Notes: generated by a model from the letters alone, not told the origin. DNA of 64,000 bases from Octopus vulgaris (GCA_951406725.2 OX597833.1:44578001-44642000); one strand, 5' to 3'; counted from the first letter of the stretch, positions 24,979 to 39,640 are shown. Translations and numbers: made by a program.

Positions 24979-26329
24979 CGTTCGGAAAATTTATATTAAT
25001 ATTTGCTTTTTTCTTTTCTTTCAATACCAATAACAATACCAGCCGCAGAACAAACGACAACAACTACAGTATCAGAACCAATGACAACAACCGCAAAAGC
25101 AGCAGCAGCAGCAGAACCAACAGTAGCAGCAGCTGCACTAACAGCAGCAACAGCAACAACATTAGCAACAGGACAGCAGCAACCATTACATACCAATAAT
25201 GTCAAAAAAATATAAGACTATCAGAGAAAATACCCACTCAAGACCACATATATTAGGAATTACAACAAATGGCAGGATTCTGGTTTAAGTACCCTATACA
25301 ACTCCTCATAACGTTTTTTTTAAAAATTATTTTGGGGGATTTTCAGAAAATTTTAGCGAATATGTGTTCTACACACAGGAATTTATATGATTATCAAAAA
25401 ATAAATGCTTTTAATTTTTTAAACCCCTCTCTCAGTCCCACTCCTACCCCATAAATCCTAAAAGTTCCACTCTTTTTCGATATTTTTTTTTAATCAGTAT
25501 TTAAAATAAGAATAGTCCGAATTTCTTGCTTAAATCCCAGCAATGGACCACTCTCGATTGCATCATCAATCCATTAACTGTGTTTATGGGAAGAAATATA
25601 TTGAGGTGTCAAAGTGTAAGGTGGTCGTGACATGTGCTAAAAACGGCAACTAAATCGCCCTTAAACGACACACACAATTTTTTTTGCGGTGGAGTTACAT
25701 AATCGTACGAATTCGCAAAAATTCTTTTTTTTTACATAATCACCCGTCGCATATATGCATATTTATGTGTGTGTGTGAGTGTGCGAGTGTGTGTGTGTGT
25801 GTGTGTATAGGTGTGTATATGTTTGTGTGTCTGTGTTTGTGTGTCCCCCCCCAACATCGCTTGACAACCGATGCTGGTGTGTTTACGTCCCCGCAACCTA
25901 GCGGTTCGGCAAAGGAGACCGATAGAATACGTACTAGGTTTACAAAGAATAAGGCCTGGGGTCGATTTTCTCGAATAAAAACGGTGCTCCAGCATGGCCG
26001 CAGTCAAATGACTGAAACAAGTAAAAGAGTAAAAAGAGCGTAATCGTACGAATTCGCAAAAATTTTCTGAAAATCAAATACAAAAAAAAATATTTTTTAA
26101 AAATTTATGAAGGGGTTATATGAGGTTCTTAAACCAGAATTCCGGACAGAAAATAGAATATGACAAAATTTACATTTGTGACTGCAACATCTGCAAATGA
26201 TTCCCCCAAGAAAAGATATATTTACAGGAAATAACATCAGCTGGACCAAAAACAACAAAGGAAGCTCAGCGACGACATAGCAACAACAATAACAAATATA
26301 AGCACACACACAAAAAAGAAAGAACAAAA

Positions 26330-26330
<1 letters not shown>

Positions 26331-26372
<42 letters not shown>

Positions 26373-26433
26373 GGTGGTGGTGGTGGTGGTAGTGGTGGTG
26401 GTGGCAGTAGTAGTAGCGGTGGTGGTGGTGGTG

Positions 26434-26474
<41 letters not shown>

Positions 26475-26520
26475 GGTGGTGGTGGTGGTGGTGGTGGTGG
26501 TGGTGGTGGTGGTGGTGGTG

Positions 26521-26564
<44 letters not shown>

Positions 26565-26662
26565 GGTAGTGGTAGTAGTAGTGGTAATGAAGGTGGTGCT
26601 GGTGGTAGTGGTGGTGGTAGTAGTAGTAGTAGTGGTGGTGGTGGTGGTGGTGGTAGTAGTAG
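26331..26662. repeat. Compound (GTA/GTG)n trinucleotide microsatellite
   Basis: Directly visible; expanded to ~600 bp in unit B (59114-59720). Confidence 0.95.
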
Positions 26663-27510
26663 TCCTTTCTGTTATAGTCATAAGGGTCTGAAATTTGGGG
26701 GGCGGTAGCTAGTCGATTACATCGACCAGAGAGTTTGACCGGTACTTATACCATCACTCCGAAAAACATATTAAAAAATTTTTGATTTAAAAAAAAAAAA
26801 GCCAAGTCAATATCGGGCGTAATTTGAACCCAAACCGTAAAGGCTGATGATGAAACGCTGCTATGCATTTTACCTGGAGCGCTAACAATCCGTTTCTGCC
26901 ATCGGGCCGTCATTTTGCAGCATATTTTAGCACGAGGTCAGCAGCGTTGGGCAAAACCGAAGAAAGTTGATTACATTGACCCAACACCACCACCAGTACT
27001 TGACTGGTCGATAAAATTAAACCTCAATCAAGCATAGGGATTGCGAAAAAATATTTACACGATTAAAAATATTTAAATTAACCTTTTCTCTACTCTGGGT
27101 GAATAAAGTGGCCAATTTTTATTCCAAAGTTTTTTGTTGGCAAAACGAATTGATAAAAAAAAACTGTTTCCCCGTTAGGAAATTCCACAAGAAATTGCCT
27201 CGAAATAGCAGAGTTGCAAGAGCTGCCACTACAGCTGTTTCAAGTCTCTCTCATCTACCTCTTTATTGAAAGTTCTGAAACTTCCAGTCTTTAGTTGGGA
27301 CCTTCTGGCCTACAAAAAGACGCACTGGGATCGATCTAATCGACTTAATCCCTTTGTCTGTCTTTGTTGGTACCCTCCATGCCTACTATTACTCTCACCC
27401 CAGCACGAGAAAGTGTCATTGAATAGTGAGAGAGGGGGTCAAAATGTGACACACTGACACACAGAAATTAGTACATGTATGTATGTATGTATGTATGTAT
27501 GTATGTATGT

Positions 27511-27592
<82 letters not shown>

Positions 27593-27784
27593 TGGCAGGA
27601 AGGACGACTGACAGACAGATAGACAAACGGACAGATAGATATTTTCACACATACATACAATACATACATACATATATACATAATGAGAGAGTGACCGAGA
27701 AAGAGAACAGTTTCACACTTTGGGCGTGTGTTTGTGTGTGTTCGTGTGTGCGTGTGTGTGTGTGTGTGTGTGTGCGTGTGTGTG

Positions 27785-27815
<31 letters not shown>

Positions 27816-27913
27816 CTAGAGATACAACAAAATCTGTTTTAACACACATGTTCACATCAAGAATCCTGCAAATCTAATAAAAAACGAATTATATATATAT
27901 ATATGTATGTTTG

Positions 27914-27947
<34 letters not shown>

Positions 27948-27994
27948 TAGATAGATAGTTAGAGAGAGAGAGAGAGAAAGAGAGACAGAGATAG

Positions 27995-28045
<51 letters not shown>

Positions 28046-28306
28046 TAAACAAAAGATACATACATACATACATACATACATACATACATACATACATACA
28101 TACATACATACATACATACATACATACATGCATACATTATGAGAGAGAATGACAGAGAGAGAAAGAGAACTATTTCACACTTTGCATTACATGCCACTCA
28201 TTCACTCACACTTCAAATTTCACTTTCAACTTCTCACCTTCACACATTTAGCGCTCTATTTTTACTGTTACCTATCATTTGATAACAATTTTTACCTGGA
28301 TCAGTT

Positions 28307-28439
28307 ATGCTTTGTGGTGAAACTACAATTCCTGAGAGGCGTAGATTATTTCCTCCTTTGTCTTCTGGCCTTTTAACTGCGATGAAGCTCTTATTTATAA
28401 TAACGCTGCGGCCTTCTGACAATTCAGTTTCTGGTAATT
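28307..28439 (+). CDS. Candidate first coding (leader/signal) exon of gene B
   Basis: MLCGETTIPERRRLFPPLSSGLLTAMKLLFIITLRPSDNSVSGN followed by a phase-1 GTAAGT donor compatible with the Ig1 exon at 31410. The hydrophobic core is modest. Confidence 0.4.
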
Positions 28440-28912
28440 GTAAGTTAAAAAATAGGATCTTCAGAAATCCTTTTTCATTTTCCTCTCGTATCCTTTATAT
28501 AATTCTAAACCCCCTCCTCACATTCTGCCTCTCTATTTATATATGTACACACACACGCACACACACACACACACATATATATATATGCACACAGATACAC
28601 ACATTCACACACACATGCACACATACACCCACGCTCAAGCACATACATACACACACACATACACTACATCTACCATGTCGTTATATTTATATACACACAC
28701 ATTTATATATACATAATATATATATATACATTTATATACACACACAAACACACGCACACAAACACAAAAACACACAACAGTTTATAAAGGAAACGGGTTA
28801 ATAGTAATCAATACATTGTATAGTTTTGTTTATACATTATTTAACTTAAGGATTGGATCAATATTTAAAATTCTCTTCCTTTGTAGGGTTTCTCTCTTTC
28901 TCTCATATATGT

Positions 28913-28994
<82 letters not shown>

Positions 28995-29444
28995 ATTTAT
29001 TTATTCACTTATTTACTTACCTATATATATATACACAGTATAATATTATTTTGTCTGCAAGTCAGAAACTTTACGAAGCAAAAAGCAAACAGTTATCAAT
29101 ATTTCGCGAAAAAGCAAATTTACTATTAAAGATGACTATCTTTCAATTATTTCGTGTTTTCTCGCCGAAGAAGCGTTCAACAGATATTTCAACGAGTCAA
29201 ATAATTTTCCCAATGCTAACGGAATAATTGTCTGCGTTCAGCGACGTGAAACGGCGTGTTGTCAACTTTCGTTTGGTTGTACTTGTTTATATAAATAAAA
29301 TAGTTTAAACTTATATATTTAGTGTTTTAGACAAGAAATACTTTTCTTTGCTAAAACATTCAATCCTATAAAGCTATAAAATCATCTTACGATTTCTGGT
29401 CCCTTTGATCTTTGATTAAAGAATTTTTTCCATTTCATTTCGTG

Positions 29445-29519
<75 letters not shown>

Positions 29520-30429
29520 TAGAAGATTTTTTTAAAACAATTTTTATCCTGAAAATCACCTGTTACTTTTGTTTTAAAGTGAAAGAGAAGAGAAAGGGAA
29601 AGATATATAAACGTGTATATGAAATGGGCGTGTATGTGAGAGAGAGACAGGGTGGGAGAGAGAGAGAGTGCCATTTACACATACATGAGAACACACACGT
29701 TCACTCACCCACACTCTCTCTCTTTCTCTCTCTTTCTTTCTCTCTCTCTTTCTCTCTCTCTCACCCTATCTCAAACACACATGCACACGTACATACAAAA
29801 ATGGTGTACGCATATGTATTGATATATGTACGTCTTCACTCACTCTCACTCTTTCTCTCTCTTTCTCTCTCTCTCTTCCTCTACTCTCTCTTTCTCTCTC
29901 TTCCTCTCTCTTTCTCTCTTTCACAGGTACTCGGCCAATTCATATACACATACATATATCTTTCACTTTCTTCTCTCATTCACTTTAAAACAAAAGTAAA
30001 AATAGAAAAATGTTTACGGAAATAAACGAACTCCGGTGATGAAATCACATTCAGTTAAAAATATTTCTAAATAATTAAAATATTGTTTACGTCAAAAAGA
30101 AGACTTTTTGCTTATAGGCGCGCAGACTGTGTGTGTATATGTCACAGATAGCGGACGTGTGTTTGTAATGATTGACACGCCATAACATTCATCCTATGTG
30201 TGTGTATTCTATATGTGTGTATATGTTTATGTGTGTTGATGTCACGGAAGCGAGATCTTTTTCGTCAAGAAATAACAAACAAAAATTGTGTTTAATCATT
30301 AAAAAATAGAATCCCAAATATCACAAAAATTTGTACTACACTGCTGAAGTATGAAAAAAAACATGTATAAAATATACTATTTCTGAAATATTTCGGTTAC
30401 ACACAAACATCCCTACAGTTTTTTTTTTA

Positions 30430-30537
<108 letters not shown>

Positions 30538-30589
30538 TACGGAGATGTACTTGCATAGCAAGTGACCTGATCTGACATCGTGTGCTGGA

Positions 30590-30860
30590 ACGAAAACAAT
30601 TGCTGCGTGAAAGGTGTTTATAAGCCATTTAAGAAACACACAAAAACCGTTAGATTCACTTCAACATTCAAATTTAATTTGTCAAAATATTTTCGTCGCT
30701 TTGAGACCGCGACTTGTTCACTGACAAAACTTCGTGCCTGTCGCGGTCTCAAAGCGACGAAAATATTTTGACAAATTAGATTCAAATATAGAAGTGAATT
30801 TATCTGTTCTTTGTGTGTTTCTTAAATGGCTAATAAACACCTTCCATGCTGCAATTGTTT
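30590..30860. repeat. Foldback element with hammerhead-like topology (PLE pseudo-LTR-like)
   Basis: AACAATTGC..TTTGTCAAAATATTTTCGTCGCTTTGAGACCGCGAC / GTCGCGGTCTCAAAGCGACGAAAATATTTTGACAAA..GCAATTGTT. Related pieces at 1-285. Confidence 0.7.
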
Positions 30861-30861
30861 A

Positions 30862-30897
<36 letters not shown>

Positions 30898-30937
30898 TGT
30901 ATGTATGTATGTATGTATGTATGTATGTATGTATGTA

Positions 30938-30973
<36 letters not shown>

Positions 30974-31057
30974 TAAATTATACAGGTTGTCTCGTAGTGA
31001 TGGAACACATCTTAAAATCAAGTAACTAAGACTGGAACACACATTTATTACAAATAT

Positions 31058-31137
31058 TGCTTTGGCGATGCATAATAGAGAAGATTAGCACGGTCCCTGC
31101 GCGAGGATCACACAAACATTTGTAAAGCGTTCCTAAT
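31058..31137 (+). pseudogene. U6 snRNA pseudogene, unit B copy
   Basis: Same sequence as 501-580. Confidence 0.85.
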
Positions 31138-31409
31138 AAATCACCGTAATCTAAGCGATCCGGCAAGAGATACGATAGAACAAGTACGAAACTTTTAAAA
31201 CATAAATACTAGAGTCAGTTCAATTCTTTCGACTACAGCCCTTCAAAGCAGTGTCTCAACATTGTCGCAGTCCAGTGATTGAAATAGGTGAATGTCAAAA
31301 GATAATATTATGGATAAAATGTGTCCGATCATAATGAGTCTCCGCGTATATACTTTCTTATATAACCTTTGATTTACAGTTCCTTATTTTGTTTTGTTTT
31401 TCATTACAG

Positions 31410-31730
31410 ATATGAAGTTATTTATAGCACCGAGCACTGGTCTTGATATAAGAGGGATAACTAAAGTCGCTCTAATATGTAGCTATGATGTGCCAGAGCT
31501 CACTACTTTCGAACTCTTTGCAAAGTCCAAATCTTTGGTAAAGATGTCATTCCAGACAAACAAAAAGACTGCGAATAAACTCATACACAAACGAGATGGT
31601 TTTGACTGTACTTTAATTGTTGCTTCTAAAGGGGATATTATCTGTTGGAAAATTAACAGCACATGCAAAGATGAAGGACCTTACAGATGTGCAACAGATA
31701 AAAAATCTTCAAAACCGACAGTATTAACAG
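31410..31730 (+). CDS. Gene B exon: V-like Ig domain (107 codons)
   Basis: Same splice sites as 853-1173; open frame; 10 amino-acid differences from copy A. Confidence 0.85.
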
Positions 31731-32591
31731 GTCAGTTCTTCCCGTTTTGTCTCTTATATTGTTTTATCATTAATCATTAACAGTATTTCGTCCGTCTTTA
31801 CGTTCTAGGTTCAAATTCCGCCAAGGTCGGCTTTGCCTTTTATCCTCTCGGAGTCGATAAGTATCAGTCAAGCACTGGGGTGGATGTAATCGCCTTACCC
31901 CTCCCCTTCGATTGCTGGCTTTGTGCCAAAATTTAAAACCATTATTCTCCAGTAGCTCTGCGGTAAGGAGTTGGCTTCCCAACCACATGGTTCCGGGTTC
32001 AGTCTAACTGAAGGGCAAGTGTCTACGACAAAAACTTTATGTTGGGATTCGTAGATGGAAACTAAAAGAAGCCTGTCGTCTGTGTGTGCGTGTGTATGTG
32101 TGTGTGTGTGTGTATGTGTGTACGGGATGTTTGTGTCTGCGTACGTGTTTGTGTCTTTGTGTCCATTCAACCACCACCACCGCTTGGCTTGTATGAGTGC
32201 CCGTAACTTAGCGGGTCGGCAAAAGAGAATGAAAGAATAACTACCACGTTTTGAAAAGAAATTAAGTACTAGTATAGAACTAAACCCTTCAAAGCGGTGC
32301 CCCAGTATGACTGCAGTCCAATGAATGAAACAAACAAAAGGAAGTAAAGAAGATTTTTGCTGCCGGTTTTCACTCCACTGCCGAGCACAAGTCTATACTC
32401 CACGAGTATGAGTAAGAGTGTTTTCTTTTGGTTTTTTAAATTTTCGTTGCGTTGCAAGTATTCTTTTACATGTTTCAGTCATTTGACTGTGGCCATGCTG
32501 GAGCAGCGCCTTTAGTCGAGCAAATCGACCTCAATATCGGTTGTCAAGCGATGTTGTGGGAACAAACACAGACACAAAAACATACACACAC

Positions 32592-32681
<90 letters not shown>

Positions 32682-32924
32682 GACGGGCGTCTTTCAGTTT
32701 CCGTCTACCAAATCCATTCACAAGGCTTTGGTCGGCCCGATGCTTCATTTTCGCTCATCATTTTCACGAAACTTATGTCCGAGGTCGACTTTGCTTTTCC
32801 TCCTTTCAGGGTCGATAAATTAATTACCAGATACGCACTGGGGTCGATGTAATCGACTTAATCCCTTTGTCTGTCCTTGTTTATCCCCTCTATGTTTAGC
32901 TCCTTGTGGGCAACAAAGAAATAA

Positions 32925-34350
32925 GTGCTTACAGATCTGTGGTCCATCAAAAATCCCTGCTTTAAGTTTTTCAAGCATCAAGTCTGGAAATACACTGCAG
33001 ATATACTTGAAGCACTCCCCATTTTTGTCAAAAGCTTTGACGAATTACTTTATCAATCCGAGTTTGATGTGCAAAGGGGGGAAAGGATCTTATCTTGCTC
33101 AACTAAAGTTTTTTTCTAGTATATAGGGAGCTCTACGTGGAGTCATATTTGTTCAAGGCGGCCAGTCTTTCTTAACATAGTGGTTTACTCGGTCTCTACT
33201 GTCCCACATGCAAAGAAAGCATGGATATTTGGTATAACCAGATTGCCATCTTTAAGTCAACACAGACGACCCATGTATGATCATGATATAGTATCTTCTC
33301 TAAAACCAACTTAACCTCTTTATATTTTTCCTTCGGGGTTGTTGAGTGGCCAAGTGGGACAGAGCCATACACATTTCCGTTGTGCAACAATACACATTTT
33401 AAACTACGCTTAGAGCTATCTATGAAAAGATGCCATTCCTCTAGTTTGTATTCCTCAATGCCAAGAAGCCCACTGATATCTCTGCAGTAAAGCAGCTCTT
33501 CTTTTGGGAAGAAAAAAAGGAACTCTTCATGCCAACTCCGATAAAAGGTTATACGGACACCATTCTCTAGAAGATTGTTCTCTTTCAGTGGGGAAGCCAA
33601 CGGTTCTGAAGAATTCTTTGGAAGGTTCAAGTCACGAACTAGATCATTCAGCTCTACCTGGGAGAATAGCTGAGGTAAAGTCTCAACTGAAAAGCCTTGA
33701 TCTCTAGTGTCATCTTCAGGTGATGAATCTTCTTTGGATGAGAGTAAAGTTATTTGAGGCAAGACATTGAAGACAGGAACAAAAATCTTTTCACTGTATA
33801 TGAACCGGTCTAATAGCAGAGGCAAGATTAGGATAGACAAGGGTTTGTTGATTTTTCCACTTAAAACCCCTTCAAATTTAGGTTACAAAAATAGCAGTCG
33901 TCCACGTGATTATAGGGCTCCCGCCATACCATTGGTATAGCAAACCTCATATTTTTTCTTGTCTCTTTAGTCCATTGACGCAAATGTTCTGTACATTTAT
34001 TCCAGACACTATATGGTGCCCAATATTTATCTTGGTCTCCCAGCTTGACCCCAAAATATGCCATATATGCTCTTTCAACAAAATCAGTGATGTTGTTTTC
34101 AATTTTCAGGTAATGTGTATTCTCCACAAACATAACAAAACACATTTGGAGAATTAACAAAACACTTTCTCGAAGAGAACATCTTGTGCTCATTTTCTAT
34201 TGCCTAGTTCACCACAACATCTAAAAAAAGTATGTAAAAAGGAAAAAATCTTAGAATTAGAATAAGGTAACGAACACTGTGTACTGGACGTACACACACA
34301 CATAGTGACTATAGGGATGTTCAATAACTTAAAAACTAAATCTAATAGAT
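32925..34350 (-). mobile_element. Degenerate DNA transposon, probably CMC/Chapaev3-type (unit B only)
   Basis: NSPNVFCYVCGEYT, YFGVKLGDQDKYWAP, PMVWREPYNHVDDCYFC, WHLFIDSSKRSLKCVLLHNGN; frameshifts. Family assignment is from recalled motifs and has not been searched. Confidence 0.65.
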
Positions 34351-34989
34351 CAAAAAGAAGGTTATTAGACGAAATGCCTAACGGTATATTGCCCGTCGCT
34401 ACGTTCTAAGTTCAAATTCGGCCGGGGTAGCCTTTACCTTTCATCCTTTCGAGGCCGATGAAATAAGTACAAGCTGAACATTGGCGTTGATGTAATTGAC
34501 TCATCATCTCCTCCAAAACTGCTGCACTTGTGGCAAAATTTGAAGCCATTATTGTCAATATAATTGTTGTTGTTGTTGATATTTTACTGTCTTTGCACAT
34601 CTTCTAACGCTATAATCTTTTACACACACATACACACAAAACGGGATTTATATTATAGATCTCCTCTTCTCAAACAAGGGACTTTTACTGATTTATTTCA
34701 TTATTGCATTTTTCAAATAATATATTTATTGTCATCGTTTAAAATCTAATTTATTTCTTCTTGTCCTTGCCACCCATACGCTTACCTATTTCCACTTTTA
34801 TCATCATCATCATTATCACCCGCATTATACAAGTTATAAGTCATAACCAACTGGTATTATTATAATTGTAATATGAGTGACAAGGCTTTCGAATACAATA
34901 ATAAGAGCACTATTAAAAAATAGAATTATTCAGATGTAAAATTTTTAATTTAAATTTTAATTTTATTCGTAGGAAAAAATTTCGATGAC

Positions 34990-35690
34990 CATGAATGCAA
35001 AACGAAGAAAGGTAGATGCTGAATGCCAAATTTTCCAAGGAACTTGGACATTAGATTACTTCTTCATTGAGCACAGCGGGGACCCGATCTCTCATATGTC
35101 TAGAAAGCATTGCTGTGAATTAGGTAGTAAATATTAGGCGACACTACGAGACGCGCCATTGTGAAAATTTTAGGACATTTACTGGACAAGCAAGGAAAGA
35201 TGAAGTTGGGCGGTTGGAGTCTAGCTTTGGAAGACAAACGTCATTTTTTAAAAACAGAAAAGGCGAAAACGTGGCAAATACAATTGCCAGCGTTGAAGTT
35301 TCAAAACGCATCGCTGAAAAGAAGAAACCTTTTACAGAGGGTGATTTTTATTTAAAAGGCTGCTTATTGGCAGTGTTAGATATTTTTTGTTCAGAAAAAG
35401 TGTTTTTATCTGTAACTATCAGTCTGTCTCCGAGGACGGTCACGCGGTGGGTTGAAGAAACGTCAGCAGATATTAAAAATCAATTAATCAACACCTACAG
35501 TGTATTACAGTATTTTTCAATTGCAGTCGATGAGAGTACAGGTTTAAGTGACACTGCACAACTTGCTGTCTTTGTGTGAGGAGTGAATTCAACTTTTCAG
35601 ATCTTTGAAGAATTTATTCAGTTAATTCCTATGAAGGAATCCGTAACATGTGCGGACATCACTGAAGATTTGTTGAAAATGATTTCGGTT
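34990..35690 (+). mobile_element. hAT (SPIN/Charlie-like) transposase remnant, unit B copy
   Basis: ASVEVSKRIAEKKKPFTEGDF..YFSIAVDESTGLSDTAQLAVFV. Confidence 0.85.
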
Positions 35691-36215
35691 TAACGTCATG
35701 ATGAGTGTCTTGCGCAGAGTTCATTCTGTTGTAAGCATTTGAGCCAGATCTCTTGTGTGAGTATTCTTCCCTCTCACCTATCTCGGATGCCATGGAAAGG
35801 CTAATGGACACTACTTTTCATGTCTAAAAGTTTTTGTTTTATTTTTAAATAAACGCTCCATGTGTTTGTGTAGTTGTTGACATATAGACTGTTTCAACCT
35901 TCTTTGGCACATCTGCTACAAAGTTAGATATTTCAACACTTGGAAGCACTTAGATCGTGTCAGCACTTCAGGTAGTTTAAGAGATGTTTAACATTATAGC
36001 TTTGTATGAATATTGTAAATTTATATCAGTCTAATATTTTGCTATGAGACCAATTGTTATTTTATGAGAAGCGGACTGCATTACACATGAAATATCATTA
36101 AGCGGGTTGCGCTACTCAAGTTTGTCATTCAGAAAGTCCCAAAGCCCACGTGCACCCCGCGTGCTGTTCAAATATTAATATGTTGTTTTTTTGCTTTTAT
36201 TTTTTTGTTTTTCAG

Positions 36216-36556
36216 TGAAATCTGCCATACATAATCTGGAAGTTATTGATATACCTGTTTCAATCGACGAGACAGTAACCTTCAGATGTACAGCAAATGT
36301 CACTAAAACTTATAAATCAGTGGATGTCGGAAATTATGGCTCTCGTGAAAATTATGTCACTTTTAATTGGCTTGTATCAAATGGTAAAAATACAGTACAA
36401 GCAAATAAAAAATTTTAGTCCCATCTCATATAGATTGTTTTGTTCCGGCAACATCAAAATATCAATACAAGGTAACAAGCGCAGATTTATTGAATAAAAC
36501 AACTGTCAAATGTTCAATATTTGGCGACACGCTTACCAAACCACTATACGTCAAAG
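36216..36556 (+). CDS. Gene B exon: second Ig domain with a 1-nt deletion (A7>A6 at 36407-36412)
   Basis: Splice sites intact; 341 nt versus 342 nt in A. The frameshift gives TAG at 36416-36418, so it is either a pseudogene lesion or an assembly error. Confidence 0.75.
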
Positions 36557-37903
36557 GTAAAAACAATATTTTTCTTTCTTTTGTCGTAAAAAGAAAAATG
36601 AGTAAAGCTCCTTCTTGTGTTATTGACTTATAAGGTTATAGACTCACAAGGCTGGTTTCCTTGTTTCTGTAGTGTTAAATACACTCCACCACCACTGGAC
36701 GGAACGCCCGTCCATGGCAGGATTATTTTTTGCTGAGTTGATTGGAGCAACGTCAAATGGAGTGTCTTACACAAGAATATAGCGCATCACCCCTTCCAGG
36801 AATCGAACCCACAATCTTATGACCATGACTCTAACACCCTAACCACTAATCCACGCGCTTCCACATTGTGTTATCTTGGTTAGTGGATATACCATTTGTT
36901 GATGCTGTTGCTGTTGTTCATGTATTTTGTTTTGTTTTGCTTGTTTGTTATTGTTTTTGTTTTACCTTTCTTTTTGTTTAACTTTTGGTCAAACATACCT
37001 ATGACCAAAGGTATTCCAGCGATGGCAGTTTCATTGAGGCATTGTACAACTAAAATTACATTATCCCCATCTGTCTATTTTTCTTCTAAGAGAACACGTG
37101 TGATACCTTAGAAATTTGGCTGGGGTTTTTTTGCGCAGATCAAACTACCACGTGGAGATTCGTGCTGCAATGCGTGTGTGTGCATTGATATTTTTTCATA
37201 CGGTATACTATCACCTAACCATTGTGATTAATCTCATTTGAATAGAAACATCTGACCAGACTTGAATATATAGGTGTAGGAGTGGCTGTGTAGTAAGTAG
37301 CTTTCTTACGAACCACATTGTTCCGGGTTCAGTCCCACTGCGTGGCACCTTGGGCGAGTGTCTTCTAATATAGCCTCAAGCCGACCAAAGCCTTGCGAGT
37401 GGATTTGGTTGACGGAAACTGAAAGAAGCCAATCGTATATATGTATTTATACATATATATGTATGTGTGTGTATATGTGTGTCTATGTTTGTCCTCCCAA
37501 TATCGCTTGACAACCGATGCTGGTGTGTTTACGGCAAAAGAGACCGATAGAATAAGTACTAGGCTTACAAAGAATAAGTCCTGGGGTCGATTTGCTCGAC
37601 TAGAGGCGGTGCTCCAGCAAATTACTGAAACTAGTAAAAGAGTATATGCTATTTCGCTTTTTGTGAAAATGACAAATCCTTCTCTTCGTGAGGTTCATCA
37701 GTTGCCAACCATCCACACCATATGACGTTTCAAAATGTTCTCTAGTTGAAGATGTGTAACCACGCACTGAGGCCGTGGGATTGCAGTGACACCTGAATGG
37801 CGACAGTATGGTATAAAAGTCGTTTCTGAGACATGTCTCTCGGAACTAATCTTTGAGATGGCACATAATAACGAAACAGTCCTGCATGCACGCATTGTTT
37901 GTA

Positions 37904-38460
37904 TTGGGTTGTCCGGAAAGTTCATGCCGATTTATAGTAGCTTCGACTTATTTTAGAACATGGTTGAGTCCATAAAATAGGATTTGACTACACCTCCATT
38001 TAGAGCACAGCTTAAGCTATTTTTCGTGGAAGACAGTTTAGGTGCCTATAACCTGTGTTAATTTTGTAACCCTTTAAAATGGACGATAACAAAGTTCATT
38101 TTCGGCACTTGATGCTTTGGGAACCAGACAAAAATTGCTGCAGCTCGGCTGGGATGTGTTACCCCACCCTCCATATTCACCAGATATTGCCCCTTCGGAT
38201 TTCCACTTATTCAGCTCTCTGCAGAATAGTCTTAATGGTAAAAATTTCAATTCCATGGATGACGTAAAAAGATACCTTGATGAATTCTTTGCCATGAAAC
38301 CACCTCAGTTCTTGGAGAGGGTATTTTCAAGTTAAAGGAAAGATGGAGACGCATTGTGCAACAAAATGGTTCATATTTGGTTGATTAAAAATGTAATGGC
38401 AAGTATTTATTGACCTTTTCATTCCTTTAAAGTTCGGCACGAACTTTCCGGACGACCCAA
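37904..38460 (+). mobile_element. Internally deleted mariner element, unit B copy
   Basis: TA-flanked TIRs; WDVLPHPPYSPDIAPSDFHLF. Confidence 0.92.
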
Positions 38461-39410
38461 TATCAGTGTAATTAGTCATAATACAGTTATCATAACTATA
38501 ATAATACTTTTATCGCAACTTTTAATTTTTTTTTTGATAAAAATAAATGAGTATTGTTCATGATTACTATTTTTATAACTGTATACCTCTTTTACACCAA
38601 TCTGTACATACACACAAACACACACATATATATATATATATCTATGTATCTATATATATATATACATATACATAGATATATATCTAAATATCTATATATA
38701 TATATACATATTTATAGATATATAGATGTATGTATGTATGTATGTATGTATGTATGTATGTATGTATGTATGTATGTATGTATGTATGTATGTATGTATG
38801 TATGTAGAAAGTTGAAAAGGAACACACGAGTTGATATGTATAAGGAGAAAAATCGAGATAGAAAATGATAAAAACTTTCTTTTATAATTATTGTGTTATA
38901 CCACATAGAAAGGTATATAAATTTGTAAAATCAATCAGCCAACGAGCAGTCCTTTTCACAACCACACGAACATAGAGAAATGGTAACCAAATCTTCCTCC
39001 AGTCATATCCTACAATATCTTTTTTTTTTTTGTAAAGATAATTCTTTTGGTAATGTAGTCTGAAATATCTTAGTTTTAAAATACTGCGTGGCACTCGGAA
39101 AAGTAACCCCTGTTCCGTATCAAAGGGTAGATACAGAAATTACTTTACACACACGAAAAAGCGCCCAGACTTTTATTTACAAATGTCATTGTTTTATTTC
39201 GGCCGCTTGTAACTGTCATTCAGAAGCCATGTGCAATATGTTATTAGTTTGTTCTTGTCATCCACTTTTAATTGCTGTACACGTGTAAAATTATATGCTT
39301 CAAGTTCAGGCTTTTCAACATCCGTTGGTATGACCTGCTTATGTGGGACTGCTGCGCCAATTCGTGGGTTAATTTCTTTGGACTTCGAGTAATCCTTTGG
39401 CAGGTATCCT

Positions 39411-39640
39411 GGCGGCGAGCTAGCAGAATCGTTAGCACGCCGGGCAAAATGCATAGCCGTATTTCGTCTGCCGTTACGTTCTGAGTTCGAATTCCTTCGA
39501 GGACGACTTTGCCTTTCATGCTTTCGAGGTCGATTAAATAAGTACCAGTTAGGCACTGGGGTCGATATAATCGATTTAATCCGTTTGTCTGTCCTTCTTT
39601 GTCCCTTCTGTGTTTAGCCCCTTGTGGGTAGTAAAGAAAT
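39411..39640 (+). mobile_element. Young SINE insertion (unit B only) with TSD AGGTATCCT
   Basis: TSD at 39402-39410 and 39641-39649; empty site in unit A at ~9962. Confidence 0.85.

Noticed and set aside
25003-25215. Thr/Ala-rich ORF that could be another stalk exon
   Set aside because: Degenerate (CAG/CAA) repeat downstream of the predicted stop; the frame is shifted in unit B.
26097-26691. Poly-Thr (minus) / poly-Val (plus) ORF resembling a mucin; also 59020-59749
   Set aside because: Pure (GTA/GTG)n microsatellite on the opposite strand to the Ig gene. Length and frame are not conserved between units and there are no convincing splice sites.
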